Both the position numbers and the translations under genes were made by a program. The notes under the pieces were generated by a model, which was given only the letters and a program-made list of their open reading frames with translations, did not search any database and had not been told where the DNA came from. From contig CP068257.2 in NCBI GenBank assembly GCA_009914755.4, positions 30,496,001-30,560,000 of the forward strand: a DNA stretch of 64,000 nt, in the 5' to 3' direction. The stretch comes from the human T2T-CHM13v2.0 reference genome, Homo sapiens. Positions 1-13,700 of the stretch are shown one piece after another (the stretch's first letter is position 1; each line of letters opens with the position of its first letter).

Positions 1-29
1 CCCTCAAGCATTATCTTTGCATTACAAAC

Positions 30-150
30 ATCCAATTATACTCTTTTAGTTATTTTAAAACGTACAAGTAAGTTATTATTGACTACAGTCACCCTGCTGT
101 GCTATCAAATAGCAGGTCTTATTCATTCTTTCTATTTCTTATAGCCTGAT
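30..150 (+). mobile_element. LINE-1 3'UTR fragment (old L1P/L1M-type)
   Basis: The motif ...ttattgactacagtcaccctgctgtgctatcaaatagcaggtcttattcattctttct... matches the conserved 3'UTR block of primate/mammalian L1 consensus (ttgactatagtcaccctgttgtgctatcaaata...). Recognised from memory, not aligned. Confidence 0.45.
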
Positions 151-340
151 TACTGATTTGATCAAACATTGTTGTATAACTATATCAGAAGGCTCCGAAG
201 GCAGAGGAAGTGTGGGTGAGCACTGGGGGAGTGAGTCTGGTATAAAAGTATCCAGAGTGAAGAAATCAAGAAATGGTAATATACACATGTTATTGAGAAA
301 CCCAGAGGTAAAGACCATAAGAAGCGTTTAAAAAGACTTG

Positions 341-640
<300 letters not shown>

Positions 641-1494
641 GACTTGGCAGTGTTTGCCTCAATGGAGGAGGAATTAGCTGGGGGAGGAGTGGGTCAGAAG
701 ACTGCTATTTCAGTATCAACCTTTTAATACTGTTTGGCTTTTTAAACTAGGTCCATAAATATCTTTGATAGAAATGTAGATTAATTTTTTAAACTCCGTT
801 ACTGTAACAACTTGGCCCATCAACCAAGCTACAACAAATGAAGTTATACCCAGTGGCATGTGATGGTCCTCCCTGCTATAGCAAGTGGTTCACAGAGGAG
901 AAACGCTACTCGCTGTCAAGTCCCATTTCTGAAAGAAGTGACCTCTTTTTCAACCCTGAGAAAATGCAGCCACTAAATACAAGTCAAATCTGGTTACCAT
1001 CGAAATCCAAGTGATGTGTAACCAAAATATTTGTAAGCCCCAGGTAATGGCCTAGTTATCCCAGTATAATGTGTTGTAACAGCATCTTCAAATACTAAAA
1101 AATGTATAGTAGTTGCTTTCACTCTGGGCTCCTATAGCATCCTACTGCCCTTACCAATGGGTAATTTATCACATTTTTATTGTACTTTATTGTTGGGATT
1201 TTCAAAGTGTTTGTTAAATCGTCTGTCTTCATGAGGACAAAGACCATAACTAGTTAATTTTGTTTAATCCCCTGTGTCCAACACAGTAACTAATATATAG
1301 AAGGCATGAAGGAAATGTTCGATATATAAAGAAAGAAAAGACTAAATGAATTTAAAACAAATAAATAAAGCAGCATCCAAGATAATCAATGCATACTGAA
1401 AGTTTAGAGTGAAGAGGACCAAAACGAAGGGGCTGTTAAGAGTGACAAACACTGCAAAATCTGGGGAATAACAAGAATGGCTGACTCTTACACA

Positions 1495-1700
1495 GTGTTT
1501 GCTATGTGCCAGCATGGTTCTGGGAGAGGCATGGGTAAGAGCTCAATTAATTCTCATAATAACCATGATGCAGGCTATCACTATTCCCATTTTATAGAGA
1601 AGTAAATAATTGGCCCCAAATCACACAGTCCTCAAGCAACAGAGGGGCCATGCTTAGGACCCAGGCCACCTGGCTCCAGAGTCTGTGCTCATAAGCACTT
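1495..1700 (+). mobile_element. MIR-family SINE fragment
   Basis: gctatgtgccagcatggttctgggag...ctcataataaccatgatgcaggctatcactattcccattttatagagaagtaaataattggccccaaatcacacag resembles the MIR core (gtgccaggcactgt...tattatccccattttacagatgaggaaactgagg...aaggtcacacag). Confidence 0.4.
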
Positions 1701-2203
1701 CACATGAAGGACTGAAGTCCTCAGAAGCAAAGGCCTAAGGGATATGGCCCAGGGAGCTGACTTGGCTGGGTACATTCAGCCAGTTTGGACTCGTTAAGAA
1801 AGTTCTAAAGGAGAAGAGGTCTTCAGTAGAGAATAAGAGCTTGTAGGGTGAGAGCTACCTGGAACCTTTAGATTGGGAGCAAGGCCTTACCTCAGGTTCC
1901 TCAGCTGTGTAGGAGGAGGGCTACCCTTTTCCTCCAAGTTGTTGAGCTGGGTAAGGGCAGAGCCAGTTGATGGGAGAGAGTGCCCAGGCACAACTGGGTG
2001 TGAACCAAAGGACAAATGGCTATGTCTGGTGCTCTTAGGCAAAGGCTGATTGTCCAAGGTTCTTGTTCTCTCTGGACCCAGGAGAGAAGAGCAAGAAGAC
2101 CAATCAAGTGAAAATAAAAGCTGGTTCCTGAGAATTTCTGCAGAAAACTGAGAGTGAGAGGACCCAAGGAAGCCCTGATTGGAGAAATAACAGAATCAAT
2201 GCT

Positions 2204-2548
2204 GTGGGCTGAATGTTTGTGCCTTCCCAAAATTTATTTATTGAAACCTAATGCCCAATGTGATGGGGTTAGGAGATGGGACATTTGGGAGGTGACTAGG
2301 TTATGAGAGCAAATCCTTCATTTGTTCCCTTTAAAAAAGACTCTAGAGATTTTGTGCCCCTTCCGCCATGTGAGGACACAGTGAGACAGCCGTCTGTAAA
2401 CAAGGAGGTGGGCACTTGCCAGACCCTGAATTTGCTGGGCCTTGATCTTGGACTTCCCAGCCTCTAGAGCTATCAGAAATAAATTTCTGTTATGTATAAG
2501 CCACACAGTTTATGGTAACCTGTTACAGCAGCCCAAGCTGTCTAAGAC
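2204..2548 (+). mobile_element. MaLR-type solo LTR (MLT-like family), copy 1 of 3 in this window
   Basis: Has the family's diagnostic word order: gggctgaatgtttgtgccttcccaaaatttat...gtgatggggttaggagatgggacatttgggaggtgactaggttatgagag...ccatgtgaggacacagtgagacagccgtctgtaaacaaggagg...cttgatcttggacttcccagcctctagagctatcagaaataaatttctgttatgtataagccacacagtttatggtaacctgttacagcagcccaagctgtctaagaca. The same family recurs at 41606 and 61487. I do not recall the exact subfamily name. Confidence 0.6.
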
Positions 2549-3319
2549 AACCAAGGAGGTACAATTCATAAGGAAACAGATTTTCCACATGGTTGCTGTG
2601 GGCCAAGGTTGACAGAACAGAATCTCTTGGGTCCTTCCATGATGCCAGGGCACTGTGGTCTCCCGAAACATGAGATAGAAGCTGAGAGAGATTGATTATG
2701 AAAATGTCTGCTATTCTTCACCCTTCCTTGTATCTACTGCTTTCAATGTTTCTTTGCAGTTCTGATCCCCAAACATGTGAGAGAGCCCAGCCAAGATCAG
2801 CAGAGCCACCTCCCTGACCCTCAGCCAACCTCAGATGGATGGATGAGCCCAGGTGAAACTAGAGGGACCATCCAGCTTACCTGTAGACTTGCAAGCAATA
2901 ACAATGCTTGTTATTTTATCCCACTGAGTTTCTGGGTGGTTGTTATGTAGGTATCATGAACTGATACAGGAACCATGTAGAATACCAGGAAGACAAGAGT
3001 TGCAGGACAACTCAGAGCTCCCCCTCTTCCTGCTCCTTGGGGAAGAGATATGGTAGGGAAACAGATGGACCAGCTAGCTAGTAGAGGCTATCAAATGAAT
3101 TTAAAAAAAAGAAAAAAAAAACAGCTACTCTTTAATGAGCACCTACTATGCACATGGCAACTTTGTGAGGTGGGCATGGGGGCAGCAGTCACCGCTAGAT
3201 GCCTACCCAATACATATTCTCCACTTCACTCTTCCTTTTTTACTAACAGAATCTTATTTGGGAGAGGAAACAATGTACCCATATTAAAAAATAATATTTC
3301 GTAAACTCCCTTGCAGTTA

Positions 3320-3762
<443 letters not shown>

Positions 3763-3952
3763 GAGAAAAAGAAAGAAAGAAGGAAAGGAAGGAAGGAAGG
3801 AAGGAAAGAGAGAAAGAGCGAGAGAGTGAGAAAGAGAGAGAGAGAAAGAGAAAGAGAGAAAGAAATAAAGAAAGAAAGAAAGAAAGAAAGGAAGAAAGAA
3901 AAAGAAAAAGAAAGAGAGAGAAAAAGAGAGAGAAAAAGAAAGAGAGAGAGAA
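3763..3952 (+). repeat. Compound purine microsatellite (GAAA)n/(GGAA)n/(GA)n of about 190 bp, grown from the Alu tail
   Basis: gagaaaaagaaagaaagaaggaaaggaaggaaggaaggaaggaaagagagaaagagcgagagagtgagaaagagagagagagaaagag...aaagagagagagaagg. Perfect purine/pyrimidine strand asymmetry over about 190 bp. Confidence 0.95.
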
Positions 3953-4269
3953 GGCTGGAACTATTACAGCCATCTTATTACCATGAGGGAAAAGCCAAGA
4001 GAATTACAGAGACTTACACCATGATATTATTTAGCCTCTGAACTAAACACTACCAAATGCCAAACCCAGATATCATGTCGCATGAGGGGGAAAAAATCCT
4101 CAGTTTTTCACACCATACTTTGTTGGAGTTTTTCATGACATGGATCCAGCCTATTTCCAAGTAATACATCGAAGATTATTTTCATTTTACAGATCAGAAA
4201 ACCAACACTTGGAGAAATTAAAAGCTTGCCCCGGGCTGCCAGTATATTATTATATTAATGATCTCCAGT

Positions 4270-4740
4270 GAATTCCACCTCCCAGTATCTATATCCTTCT
4301 ATAATTCACCCTCCCTCCCATATTAACTCAGAACTTGACCATGTGACTTGCTTTGGCCAATGGGACATCAGTAAATGTAATGCAAACAAAGGCTTTATAA
4401 ATGCACGTGCACTTATAAAGGGGCTTCCCTTTTTGGAATGGTCCCTCCCTCCACCATGGGAAGAAACCTTGTCTTCACATGTTTCTCACATGAGAGACCA
4501 GGATGAGAAAAGACCACATGGAGAAAGAGGCCCACCTGTCCCAGTGATTCTAGACATTCCCCCTGGGACCTGCCAGCCCTCGCTGCAGCCACACAAGTAA
4601 CCCCTGCAAAGACCGGCAGAGGAGCCTCCCAACTGAGTCCCATCCAAACTGCAGAATTTTTGAACAAATACATGGTTGTTAATTCAAACCACGAAACATT
4701 GGGGTGGTTTGTTACACAAAAGTATATAACTGCTACGCCT
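4270..4740 (+). mobile_element. MaLR solo LTR, MLT1-like
   Basis: ccatgtgacttgctttggccaatgggacatcagtaaatgtaatgcaaacaaaggctttataaatgcacgtgcacttataaagg...ccaccatgggaagaaaccttg...gaccacatggagaaagaggcccacctgtcccagtgattctagacattccc...tgcagaatttttgaacaaatacatggttgttaattcaaaccacgaaacattggggtggtttgttacacaaaagtatataactgctac. Matches the MLT1 consensus architecture (...aattgtgagcaaataaatggttgttgttttaagccactaagttttggggtggtttgttacgcagcaatagataactgatac). Confidence 0.55.
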
Positions 4741-6039
4741 AGCTAATAAATGGCAATAGCAGAACTTGAATTTAGATCTGTTTGACACCAAGGGCCACGT
4801 TTGTAACCACTCTCCTATTCCCCACCACCATACTCCTGTTTTACTTGTTTAGTCTACACGCTTCCCCCAGGCCTGAGGAAAGACTTGCATTTCCCGTTCA
4901 GATTCTGTAAAATCACTTTCCCACGTTGGTGGCTTTTCCTTTCTACTCTGAGCTCTGGACTCTAAGTTGACAGAGTTCCTGTCGGAAAACAAAGAGCATC
5001 TGATGCCGACTGAACCTCCAGACACAATCTTGCTCTGATCTCCATTCTCCCGGCTCCAACGCCTTCAACATGTGTGCAGAACTGAGTCAATGATGTCAGA
5101 GAGGTGGAACTATTCCCAGAGGGCATTTCATTCACCTAATAATAAAATGTGTGTGTACCTCTCCACTGCCAATCCCTTCTGCAATTAAAGTAGGAACATT
5201 TTGCATTCAGGGTGTTCTTGTCATGACTGAAGCCTCAAAGGGCTTTGCAACCCTGGGTGAACCCTCCCGATACCAAGGCCCGTATCTGCCAATCCCTGTC
5301 ACCCAACACTCCCTTGAGATGACCTCAAGGCATGTATGCTGAATTGAATACCTTTTCCAAAAAGAACCTCTCTGAAGACATCTATTTAACTTGCATTTTC
5401 TATGGTACTAGCGTGGTTTAGTTAGGGACATGGACCCTATGTGTGTTGAGGATTTGGTGTAGGTTTCACAGTCTGGCTGTTGGTACTAGCTTCCCCTGTG
5501 GCACCTCAGTTCATCCCTGTGTGGCCTCTCATCTTCCAGTAGGTCCGGCCAGCTTCCTTATGTGACATCCACAAGAAAATGTTCCAGCTTTGTAAGTCAG
5601 ACAGTGTCACTTTTACCACATTCATTTCATTAAAGAAAGTCGCATGTTTCCAAGAGTGAGAAAACAGACTCTACTTCTTGAGCTGCCAAGCACCTAGGGC
5701 CATATTGAATCTTCTATGCCTGTATTCAAGGTGAATTGTTGTTATTGACTATTACTTAGGCTGAAGAATGGGACTGACCTCTTTAAGAGTAATGCTGAGT
5801 CATCCAGTCAGCCTCAGCCCAAAGACAACACTCCAAGCTGACAGGCGATATTGAGGTCAGTGCAGACACACGGTTTTAGAGCAGAGCAAAAATCACAAGA
5901 CAGGTCAACAAAGAGAAAGACTGGAGGTGTAAGGACTGCCCTGAAGAGGCACCTGAGAACCTTTCACGGGTGAGAACCACAAAGAGAAATTGAGGCGGCT
6001 GGGAGGAGTGGGGAGGGATGAGGGTTGGGCAAGTACCTA

Positions 6040-6420
6040 CCATGTACCAGGTGCATGTCACGAAGGCCTCACACAACCCATCATCATCCTCGTTGCAAAT
6101 CCTCACACTATGCTAGTGCCAGGGCTGTTGTGCTAATCACTTTATGCAAATGACTTAGTTAATATCAGCAACAATTCTGAGATAGGTGTCACTGTGTCTC
6201 CCATCTCACAAATAAAAGAAAACTAAGTCCCAGAGAGGTTAAGTAACTATCCCGAAGTCACACAGCTAGTAGCCAATGGAGTTAGGTTGGGCCATTGTAC
6301 AGAGGAGAAAAATGAGGCTCAGAGAGATTAAATAACTTGCCAAAGAACACAGAATTGAACTAAGAGTCATGCCTAAATCTTTCTGACTCCCAAAAACGGG
6401 GCTCTTTCCTTAAGTGCACT
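6040..6420. mobile_element. Cluster of MIR-family SINE fragments (2–3 partial copies)
   Basis: Repeated MIR core motifs: ...aactaagtcccagagaggttaagtaactatcccgaagtcacacagctagtagccaatggag... and ...gaggagaaaaatgaggctcagagagattaaataacttgccaaagaacacagaattgaac... Confidence 0.4.
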
Positions 6421-6750
6421 GTGTTGCCTCTGAAGTATTTGCATCATGAGAAAGATTATTCCAGACCCTTCCAGAAAGAGAAGACTGGCTGCCATGGAAG
6501 AGGCAGACCCAGTCACCCAGACCTTCTTCATGAAGCAAATTTAACATGAAATTAAAAGTGGGCATTTAAGAATACACTTAAGCTATGAATACACTGTATG
6601 CTGCACCCCTAATAATACAAGTGAAGTCAGAAAAGGCAGTGTGTGCCTGGTGCTTACATTTCTTTTCTTTTCTTTCTATTTTGATGTTTAATTTCTTGGC
6701 AGTAAGGAGAATTAACTACTTCCTGTCTTAAACAAATGGGGACATATTTA

Positions 6751-7219
<469 letters not shown>

Positions 7220-7854
7220 CTACTCAGAGTCGGTCCAGCCTGCAGGCAGCGAGAGGATTTCCCCTGGATCCTGAGCCTATCTGTGCCTTCCTTGAGGCAG
7301 CGTTGGTGGGTTCTAGACGGAGAAGAGGGAACGAGGAATTTAGTGGGAAAACCACCGCTCTGGAAGGTGCCCTTGGGAAGGCAGCTCGGACCCTAATCAG
7401 ACCTAACAAATTCCTGAGTAGAGAAAGAAGAGACGTTGGCATGGGGTCTTTCCAGTCTGTGCTTGGAGAAACGCCCACTTGGGTTTTGGCCATCTGCCTA
7501 TTATGTTCTAGAAAATTCCACAGGACCCTGAGGGATGAGGCCATTCTGGGAGGGAGCTGAAAAGCAGGATGTGACAGCAGAGATAAGGGATCCTGGCAGG
7601 GATCTCCTGCAGACAGAGGGGTGCAGAGCCACCCTCCCTGGGAAGAGAGCTCGGGCTTCCCACCTTCAGACTGGGCCTCAGCTCATGACCCATTCCAAAG
7701 ATGGAAAAACTTAACTGATTACCATTTTCATGAAACATCTTTGATTTTTCATTGTCTTAGTGAGCCTGGGTTGTAGTGAAGCTTGCAGTTGAGACAAGGA
7801 TGGAGAACGAGCACTAGGGAGAAGGTGGCAGGGCTGTGTTAAAAATATCTGAAT

Positions 7855-8350
<496 letters not shown>

Positions 8351-10239
8351 TTAGCTCCCTCCTGCCCTCCGAGCCTCTTCCTTCCCTCCCCATCCCCTCT
8401 CTGAGCCGGCATTTCTTCCATCTGCCCAGTCCCTGTCTACACATTATTCCTCTTTTGTGATCTCAATGTAATGGAGTGAAATTATCACATAAACACAGGA
8501 AGAGTCTCTGGGCCTCTTCTCCTCTCCCCACCTCCTCTCCAGCATCCATCTCCCTCTGGCATTGTCTGTGTGGGCTGTTGGCCACATCTCACTCCCCGCT
8601 CCCTGCAGGCACAAACCCAAAAGCCTCACACATTTCAGGCCTCAGAGGGAGGGAGCAGGCCATGGCACATCTGTCCGAGACCTCCCCCTGCCTTTCGTTT
8701 TGGGACTGTTCAGACCAACCCACTTTTTTCTTTTCCCCAGTGCCCAAGGGTCTCACCACTTAAAATCACACTCAGATTTCCACGGCAAGTTGAAGCTTTG
8801 GCACCTCAGGTGTCCACTGAAATCTCAAACACCCCACAGTCACCCCCAGAGGATTAAGTAGCTTCGAGCTCAAACTTGGAGGATTTCTGGAGAAATGGGG
8901 TTCCAGCAGGTACTGGATTCAGTTCAGTCTAACTTCCCCGGAATCGTTTCATCCCTCTAGAAAAGACTTGGGGTTCCCAAAGTGTAACCTGGCCCTCTGG
9001 AGAGGGCGTGAGGGAGTGAGGTGCTTGTAATGGCCCAAACACTGCTGCTGGACTTGAACTTGATCATCATCAAACAGTTTACTGCTAGGATTCTGATTTT
9101 CAAGGAGCTAGGAGTGACTCACTTCATTAAAAGCAAGCACACACTATGTACCCCAGCTTGCTCCAGTTTCTACATGACCCCAGCATTTCCCCAGTGCCTG
9201 CAGGAGTACCTGGCACATAGGGGGCTTCCCAAAACGTTTGTTGATTGAAGAAATGACCTCACCCTCTCAAGAGGCTGCCAGCCTCCCGCAGCCCGCAGGA
9301 AAGGAATCTGGAAGCTCCCTGCAGAGGGGAAGTTGTCTGATGGTCATCTTTTAGTTTGTTTTCTCTAAGCCTTCACAGTGGGTACTGACTACATTCACCG
9401 TTCATATTTTACAGAGAAAAATATTCATCACTTCCCTCTCAGAAAATCAAACGCTGCTTTGCATGTTGGAGAAGAAGCACGATCTAAAAATCCCCACTGG
9501 GTAGAGCCAGGCAGAGTGATTCATACCCTCTATTCAGAGGCAAGAATGACATATGTCGTGCACATGTGCCCAGCGCCGACCAAGCGGCCAAGCTGGATTC
9601 TCAGAGCAGCCCACTCAGAAGAACATTCCTTATTTTTACCCTTTGCCAAAAACAGAAACTCACACCAATGCTCCCTCATAAATAGCCTTGCCATTTCAGA
9701 AGGCTGCTTCGAAGTACAAGATGCTCAGTGGAACTGAGACCACGGAAGCACGACTGTGGTTTATAGAAACTGAATTAGACTCATTATCTAAGAATGAAAG
9801 CATTCAGCTTCTAAATATACAGTAGCATTTATTTCTGGCCCACCCTCCGTGTTTGTGTACTTTTTATTTTTTTTTTTAGAAACCTATACCTTTTTAAAGA
9901 CACTCTCTACAGCACTTGCCACAAAGGACCAGTTTCTAAGTGTGGTTTAAAATAGCTGGTGGCCTCTGGTGCAGTAAAAGGGAAAATCGGAGGAGGGCAG
10001 CACCTGAGAAGTGCAGAGACACAGGTGTGTGGTGATCCAGAGGTCTGGGGGAGGATTTTTGTTACTTTGAAAAGCAGATGGAGACTCCACAGCTGTAAGA
10101 AGAGCAAGAAGAACAAGTTCTTGCAAGGAACATACTTGGTAAATATAATGATGCTTTATATCAGCACGATTGTCCCAAGACACAGGAAAAATGACAACAA
10201 AACCATTCCAATGGCTCCTTTGGGAAGAAGTAACTATGA

Positions 10240-10400
10240 CGCATCACCCTCTTTTGATTTATAATTGGGGAAACTGAGGCTAACTGAGATGAAGCATTGT
10301 TCCCAACGTTGTGCAGTAGATGCGAGCCCTAGGTTCTGGCTGTTTTCCACTGATTCGTCAGCCATGAATTTCAACAGTTGGGTGAGATCTGGCTCTCATC
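10240..10400 (+). mobile_element. MIR-family SINE fragment
   Basis: ttataattggggaaactgaggctaactgagatgaagcattgttcccaacgttgtgcagtagatgcgagccctaggttctggc resembles the MIR consensus (ccattttacagatgaggaaactgaggctcagagaggttaagtgacttgcccaaggtcacacagctagtaagtggcagagcc...). Confidence 0.35.
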
Positions 10401-10569
10401 CAAACCCTGTGCCAGCAGAAATGATCTTTGTTTGCGGGCAGAGAAGGCAAGAGTAGGAAGGGGACAATGATGGTGTCTGCCTTGACCCCGGTGGGAAGCA
10501 TCACTGGGTTGTTTCTCCTCCGTGATTACTCACAGCCTAACTGCAATCCATTCTCTCCTGTTTTGCAGA

Positions 10570-11098
10570 GGTTCTCATCCTGAGTTTCCCCAAACAGCTC
10601 CTATTGGACCAAGTCTAGTCTTACAATCCCGTGGTGGGGAGAAATGGCCCCCCAGAGATATGCCCACATCCTAATCCCTAGAACTTGTGGATATGGCCTT
10701 ATTTGGATAAAAGGTCTTTGCAGATGTAATTAAGTTAAAGATTTTAATGAGGAAATCATCCTGGGTTATCTGGGTGGGTCCTGAATGCAACACAATGTCC
10801 TTACAAGGCACTTATACAGGGAGGGAGATTTGACACAAAATAAGAGGAAAAGGTGATTTGAAGATGGAGGTAGAGATTGGAGTGATGCGGCCACAACCCA
10901 AGGGAAGCCAGCAGCCCCTAAGGAGCTGGGAGAGGCAGGGAACAGATTATCCCCTAAAGACCCTGTAGGGAGTGTGGCCCTGACAACACCTTGACTTCAG
11001 ATTTCTGGCCTCCAAAACCGTCAGAGAATAAATATCTCTTGTTTAAGCCACACAGCATGAGGTAATTTGTCACGGGAGCCACAGGAAACTAACATAGA
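10570..11098 (+). mobile_element. MaLR solo LTR (MLT1-like)
   Basis: ...tatgcccacatcctaatccctagaacttgtggatatggccttatttggataaaaggtctttgcagatgtaattaagttaaagattttaatgaggaaatcatcctgggttatctgggtgggtcctgaatgcaacacaatgtccttacaagg...ttgacttcagatttctggcctccaaaaccgtcagagaataaatatctcttgtttaagccacacagcatgaggtaatttgtcacgggagccacaggaaactaacataga. Same word order as MLT1 consensus. Confidence 0.55.
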
Positions 11099-11239
11099 CT
11101 ACATCCTGTCTAGAATTCTGTTAGATTTGCCTAAGGGCTAAATTGCAACTCCCAAAATCTGATACAATGGAGGCTTGCTTTCCTGTTTTGTCATTCTCTC
11201 AACAGTTACTTAGGAGTGCTTACTAGGCACTAACAGTGA

Positions 11240-11800
11240 GCTAGGTGCTGGGATAATGATGGGCAAATAGACACAAACCCTGATTTCATGCAGCTTACAG
11301 CAGGGGAAATAGTCAGGAAGCAAATACCAACACCAACTGCATTATAATCTGTAATAAAGGCTGAGAAGGCAGAGTGCAGGTGGTGTGACAGGTGATGGCA
11401 GGTAATGGCCTCATGTGAAGAGGAAGAGAGTGAGCTTGAGACTGAGCCCTGAGGTCTAATAGGAAAAGGGGCTTTCCAGTTAGAGAAAACAGCCCGTAGG
11501 GAGACCCCCAAAGCAGGAAGGATGTGGAAGCTTTCAAGGATCGACTACAGGCAGAAAGCAAGGAAGGGAATTTTAATCTCTGTCCTTAGGACATGGGGAA
11601 GCCAAGTGTTTTATGCAGAGGGGTGGCCCAATGAGATGAAAGTTTCCAGCAGCTCAGTCCGGCTGTGAAGGAGATGGGAGTGGGCCAAGACCAGTGAGGA
11701 GACTCTTGAGAAGCCCAAGCAAGAGATGGTGGTGGTTTTGATACGGGAGGGGGGCAGGGAAGTGCTGGGTAGAGAAGGGCAGGGCTCCTGGTGAGGGCTC
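11240..11800. mobile_element. Ancient interspersed repeat of unknown family (architecture recognised, name not recalled)
   Basis: gcagcttacagcaggggaaatagtcaggaagcaaatacc...gtaataaaggctgagaaggcagagtgcaggtggtgtgacaggtgatggcaggtaatggcctcatgtgaagaggaagagagtgagcttgagactgagccctgaggtc...gtggcccaatgagatgaaagtttccagcag...aagagatggtggtggttttgatacgggagggggg follows the word order of a widespread old mammalian repeat whose consensus begins gagcttacagtctagtggggagacagaca. Weak identity. Confidence 0.3.
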
Positions 11801-11929
11801 CACCCTCGGTCTTGTGCCCATGGACCTAAGTGATAACCAGCACTCCTGTTTCCACGCCCAAATGTTGCATTGTCCAAGACTACTCCTAACCACTTCACCC
11901 CCGATCCTGTGCCCATAAAAACCCTGAGA

Positions 11930-12500
11930 CCCTAGCGGGCACAGACACAAGCAGCTGGACGTTGAGAGAAGCAGAAGATCACGCAACGGACACCAGCAGA
12001 CACTGGCAGGCCACTGACAGCAGGACAACATGGAATTCAGTCAGGGGCAGTCAGAGGAGAGTCCGGCTGCTGAGCGGCCCACTCCAGGGAAAGACCACCT
12101 TTCCACCCCAACCCCCTTCTGGATCCCCATCCATCTGCTGAGAGCTACTTCCTCCACTCAATAAAACCTTGCACTAATCCTCCAAGCCCACGTGTGATCT
12201 GATTTTTCCAGTACACGAGGGCAAGGACCCGGAATACAGAAAGGCCTCTGTCCTTGCGATAAGGCAGAGGGTCTAACTGAGCTGATTAACACAAGCTGCC
12301 TATGGATGGCTAAACTGAAAGAATTCACTGTAACATGCCCACTGGAGTTTCAGGAGCTGTAAACATTCACCCCTAGACACTGCCGTGGGGTCAGAGCCCA
12401 AAAACACTCTCCACAACCTGCCTGTCTGCATGCTTCCCCTAGGAGTTTGAGCAGCAGGTCACTGACAAAGTGAGCCACACCCCTGTCACACACCCTGTGA
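11930..12500 (+). mobile_element. ERV (class-I-like) LTR fragment, R/U5-like
   Basis: ctgagagctacttcctccactcaataaaaccttgcactaatcctccaagcccacgtgtgatctgatttttccagtacacgagggcaaggacccgg. The AATAAA followed by ...tcaccaagccc.gtgtgatc.gattc... is typical of class-I HERV LTR R-U5 regions. No internal sequence is attached. Confidence 0.3.
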
Positions 12501-13150
12501 GGGGGATAAGGGAACTCCTCCCATTTCAGTTTGTACTAGGATGGGAACTGCTGAGATGGGGAGAAGTGGGTGGATTCCAAAGGAGTTGGTGATGGGTTGG
12601 AGGTGGGTGGTGGAAAGGATACAAACCGGGTTTCTCAGTTGTACCACAGCCAGGATAGAAGTGCCAGAGCCATTGGGAATATTCAAGAAGGACTCAGATT
12701 TGGGCAGAGAAAACAACAAGTATTTTCATTTGGAATGACCATGCATCTTAGTTTTCCAGGGACAATCCAAGTTAAGCCTATCATCCCAAAGTCTTGTCTG
12801 GTTTAGTTTAGAATTTGTTATTCTCAAAAATGCCCTGGTTTGGACCAATACATTTAACAGTCACTCTAGGCTAAGATTTGTGTGATTTGAAAGGCCTTGG
12901 AGACATCTGAGAGAAGATTTTGAGAATCTAGAATGAGAAGAGAAGGAGCCCAGGAGTGAAGCTTCCTGAACTTTAGTATCTGAGGACAGGCAAAGGTCGC
13001 CAAGCAGGCAGGGTCTGAGAGTAAGGAGGCCAGAAATGTTACGGGAGGTGCATGCCCTGTGTTCTAGTTTTCCTAGAGAGCCTTCAAACTTTTTCTATAA
13101 AAGGCCAAATGAACATTATTTGGCTTCCCAGGTCAAATGGTGTTGGTCGC

Positions 13151-13700
13151 TGATATGATTTGGCTCTGTTTCCCCACCCAAATCTCATCTCGAATTGTAT
13201 TCCTGTAATTCCCACATGTTGTAGGAGGGACCCAATGAGAGATAATTGAATCATGGGGGCTGTTTCTCCCATACTGTTCTTGAGATAGTGAATAAGTCTC
13301 ACAAGATCTGATGGTTTTATCAGGGGTTTCTATTAGCTCTGCATCCCCACCCGAATCTCATTTTGAATTATACTCCCATAATTCCCAAGTGTTGTGGGAG
13401 GGACCAGGTGGGAGATAATTGAATAATGGAGGCGGTTTCCCCCATACAGTTCTCGTGATAGTAAATAAGTCTCATGAGATCTGATGGTTTTATCAGGGGT
13501 TTCTGCTTTTGCGTTTTCCTCCTTATCTCTTTGCCTGCTGCCACATATGTAAGACAGGACTTGCTTCTCCTTGCCTTCCACCATGATTGTGAGGCTTCCC
13601 CAGCCACATGGAACTGTAAGTCCAATTAAACCTCTTTCTTTTGTAAATTGCCCCATCTTGGGTCTGTCTTTATCAGCAGTGTGAAAATGGACTAATACAG
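13151..13700 (+). mobile_element. THE1/MST-type MaLR solo LTR with its 5' about 175 bp tandemly duplicated
   Basis: tgatatgatttggctctgtttccccacccaaatctcatctcgaattgtattcctgtaattcccacatgttgtaggagggacccaatgagagataattgaatcatgggggctgtttctcccatactgttcttgagatagtgaataagtctcacaagatctgatggttttatcagggg repeats at about 13322 (...ctctgcatccccacccgaatctcattttgaattatactcccataattcccaagtgttgtgggagggaccaggtgggagataattgaataatggaggcggtttcccccatacagttctcgtgatagtaaataagtctcatgagatctgatggttttatcagggg). The canonical 3' part then follows: ...ctgctgccacatatgtaagacaggacttgcttctccttgccttccaccatgattgtgaggcttccccagccacatggaactgtaagtccaattaaacctctttcttttgtaaattgcc...cagtgtgaaaatggactaatacag. Close match to the THE1 consensus. 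Confidence 0.75.
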
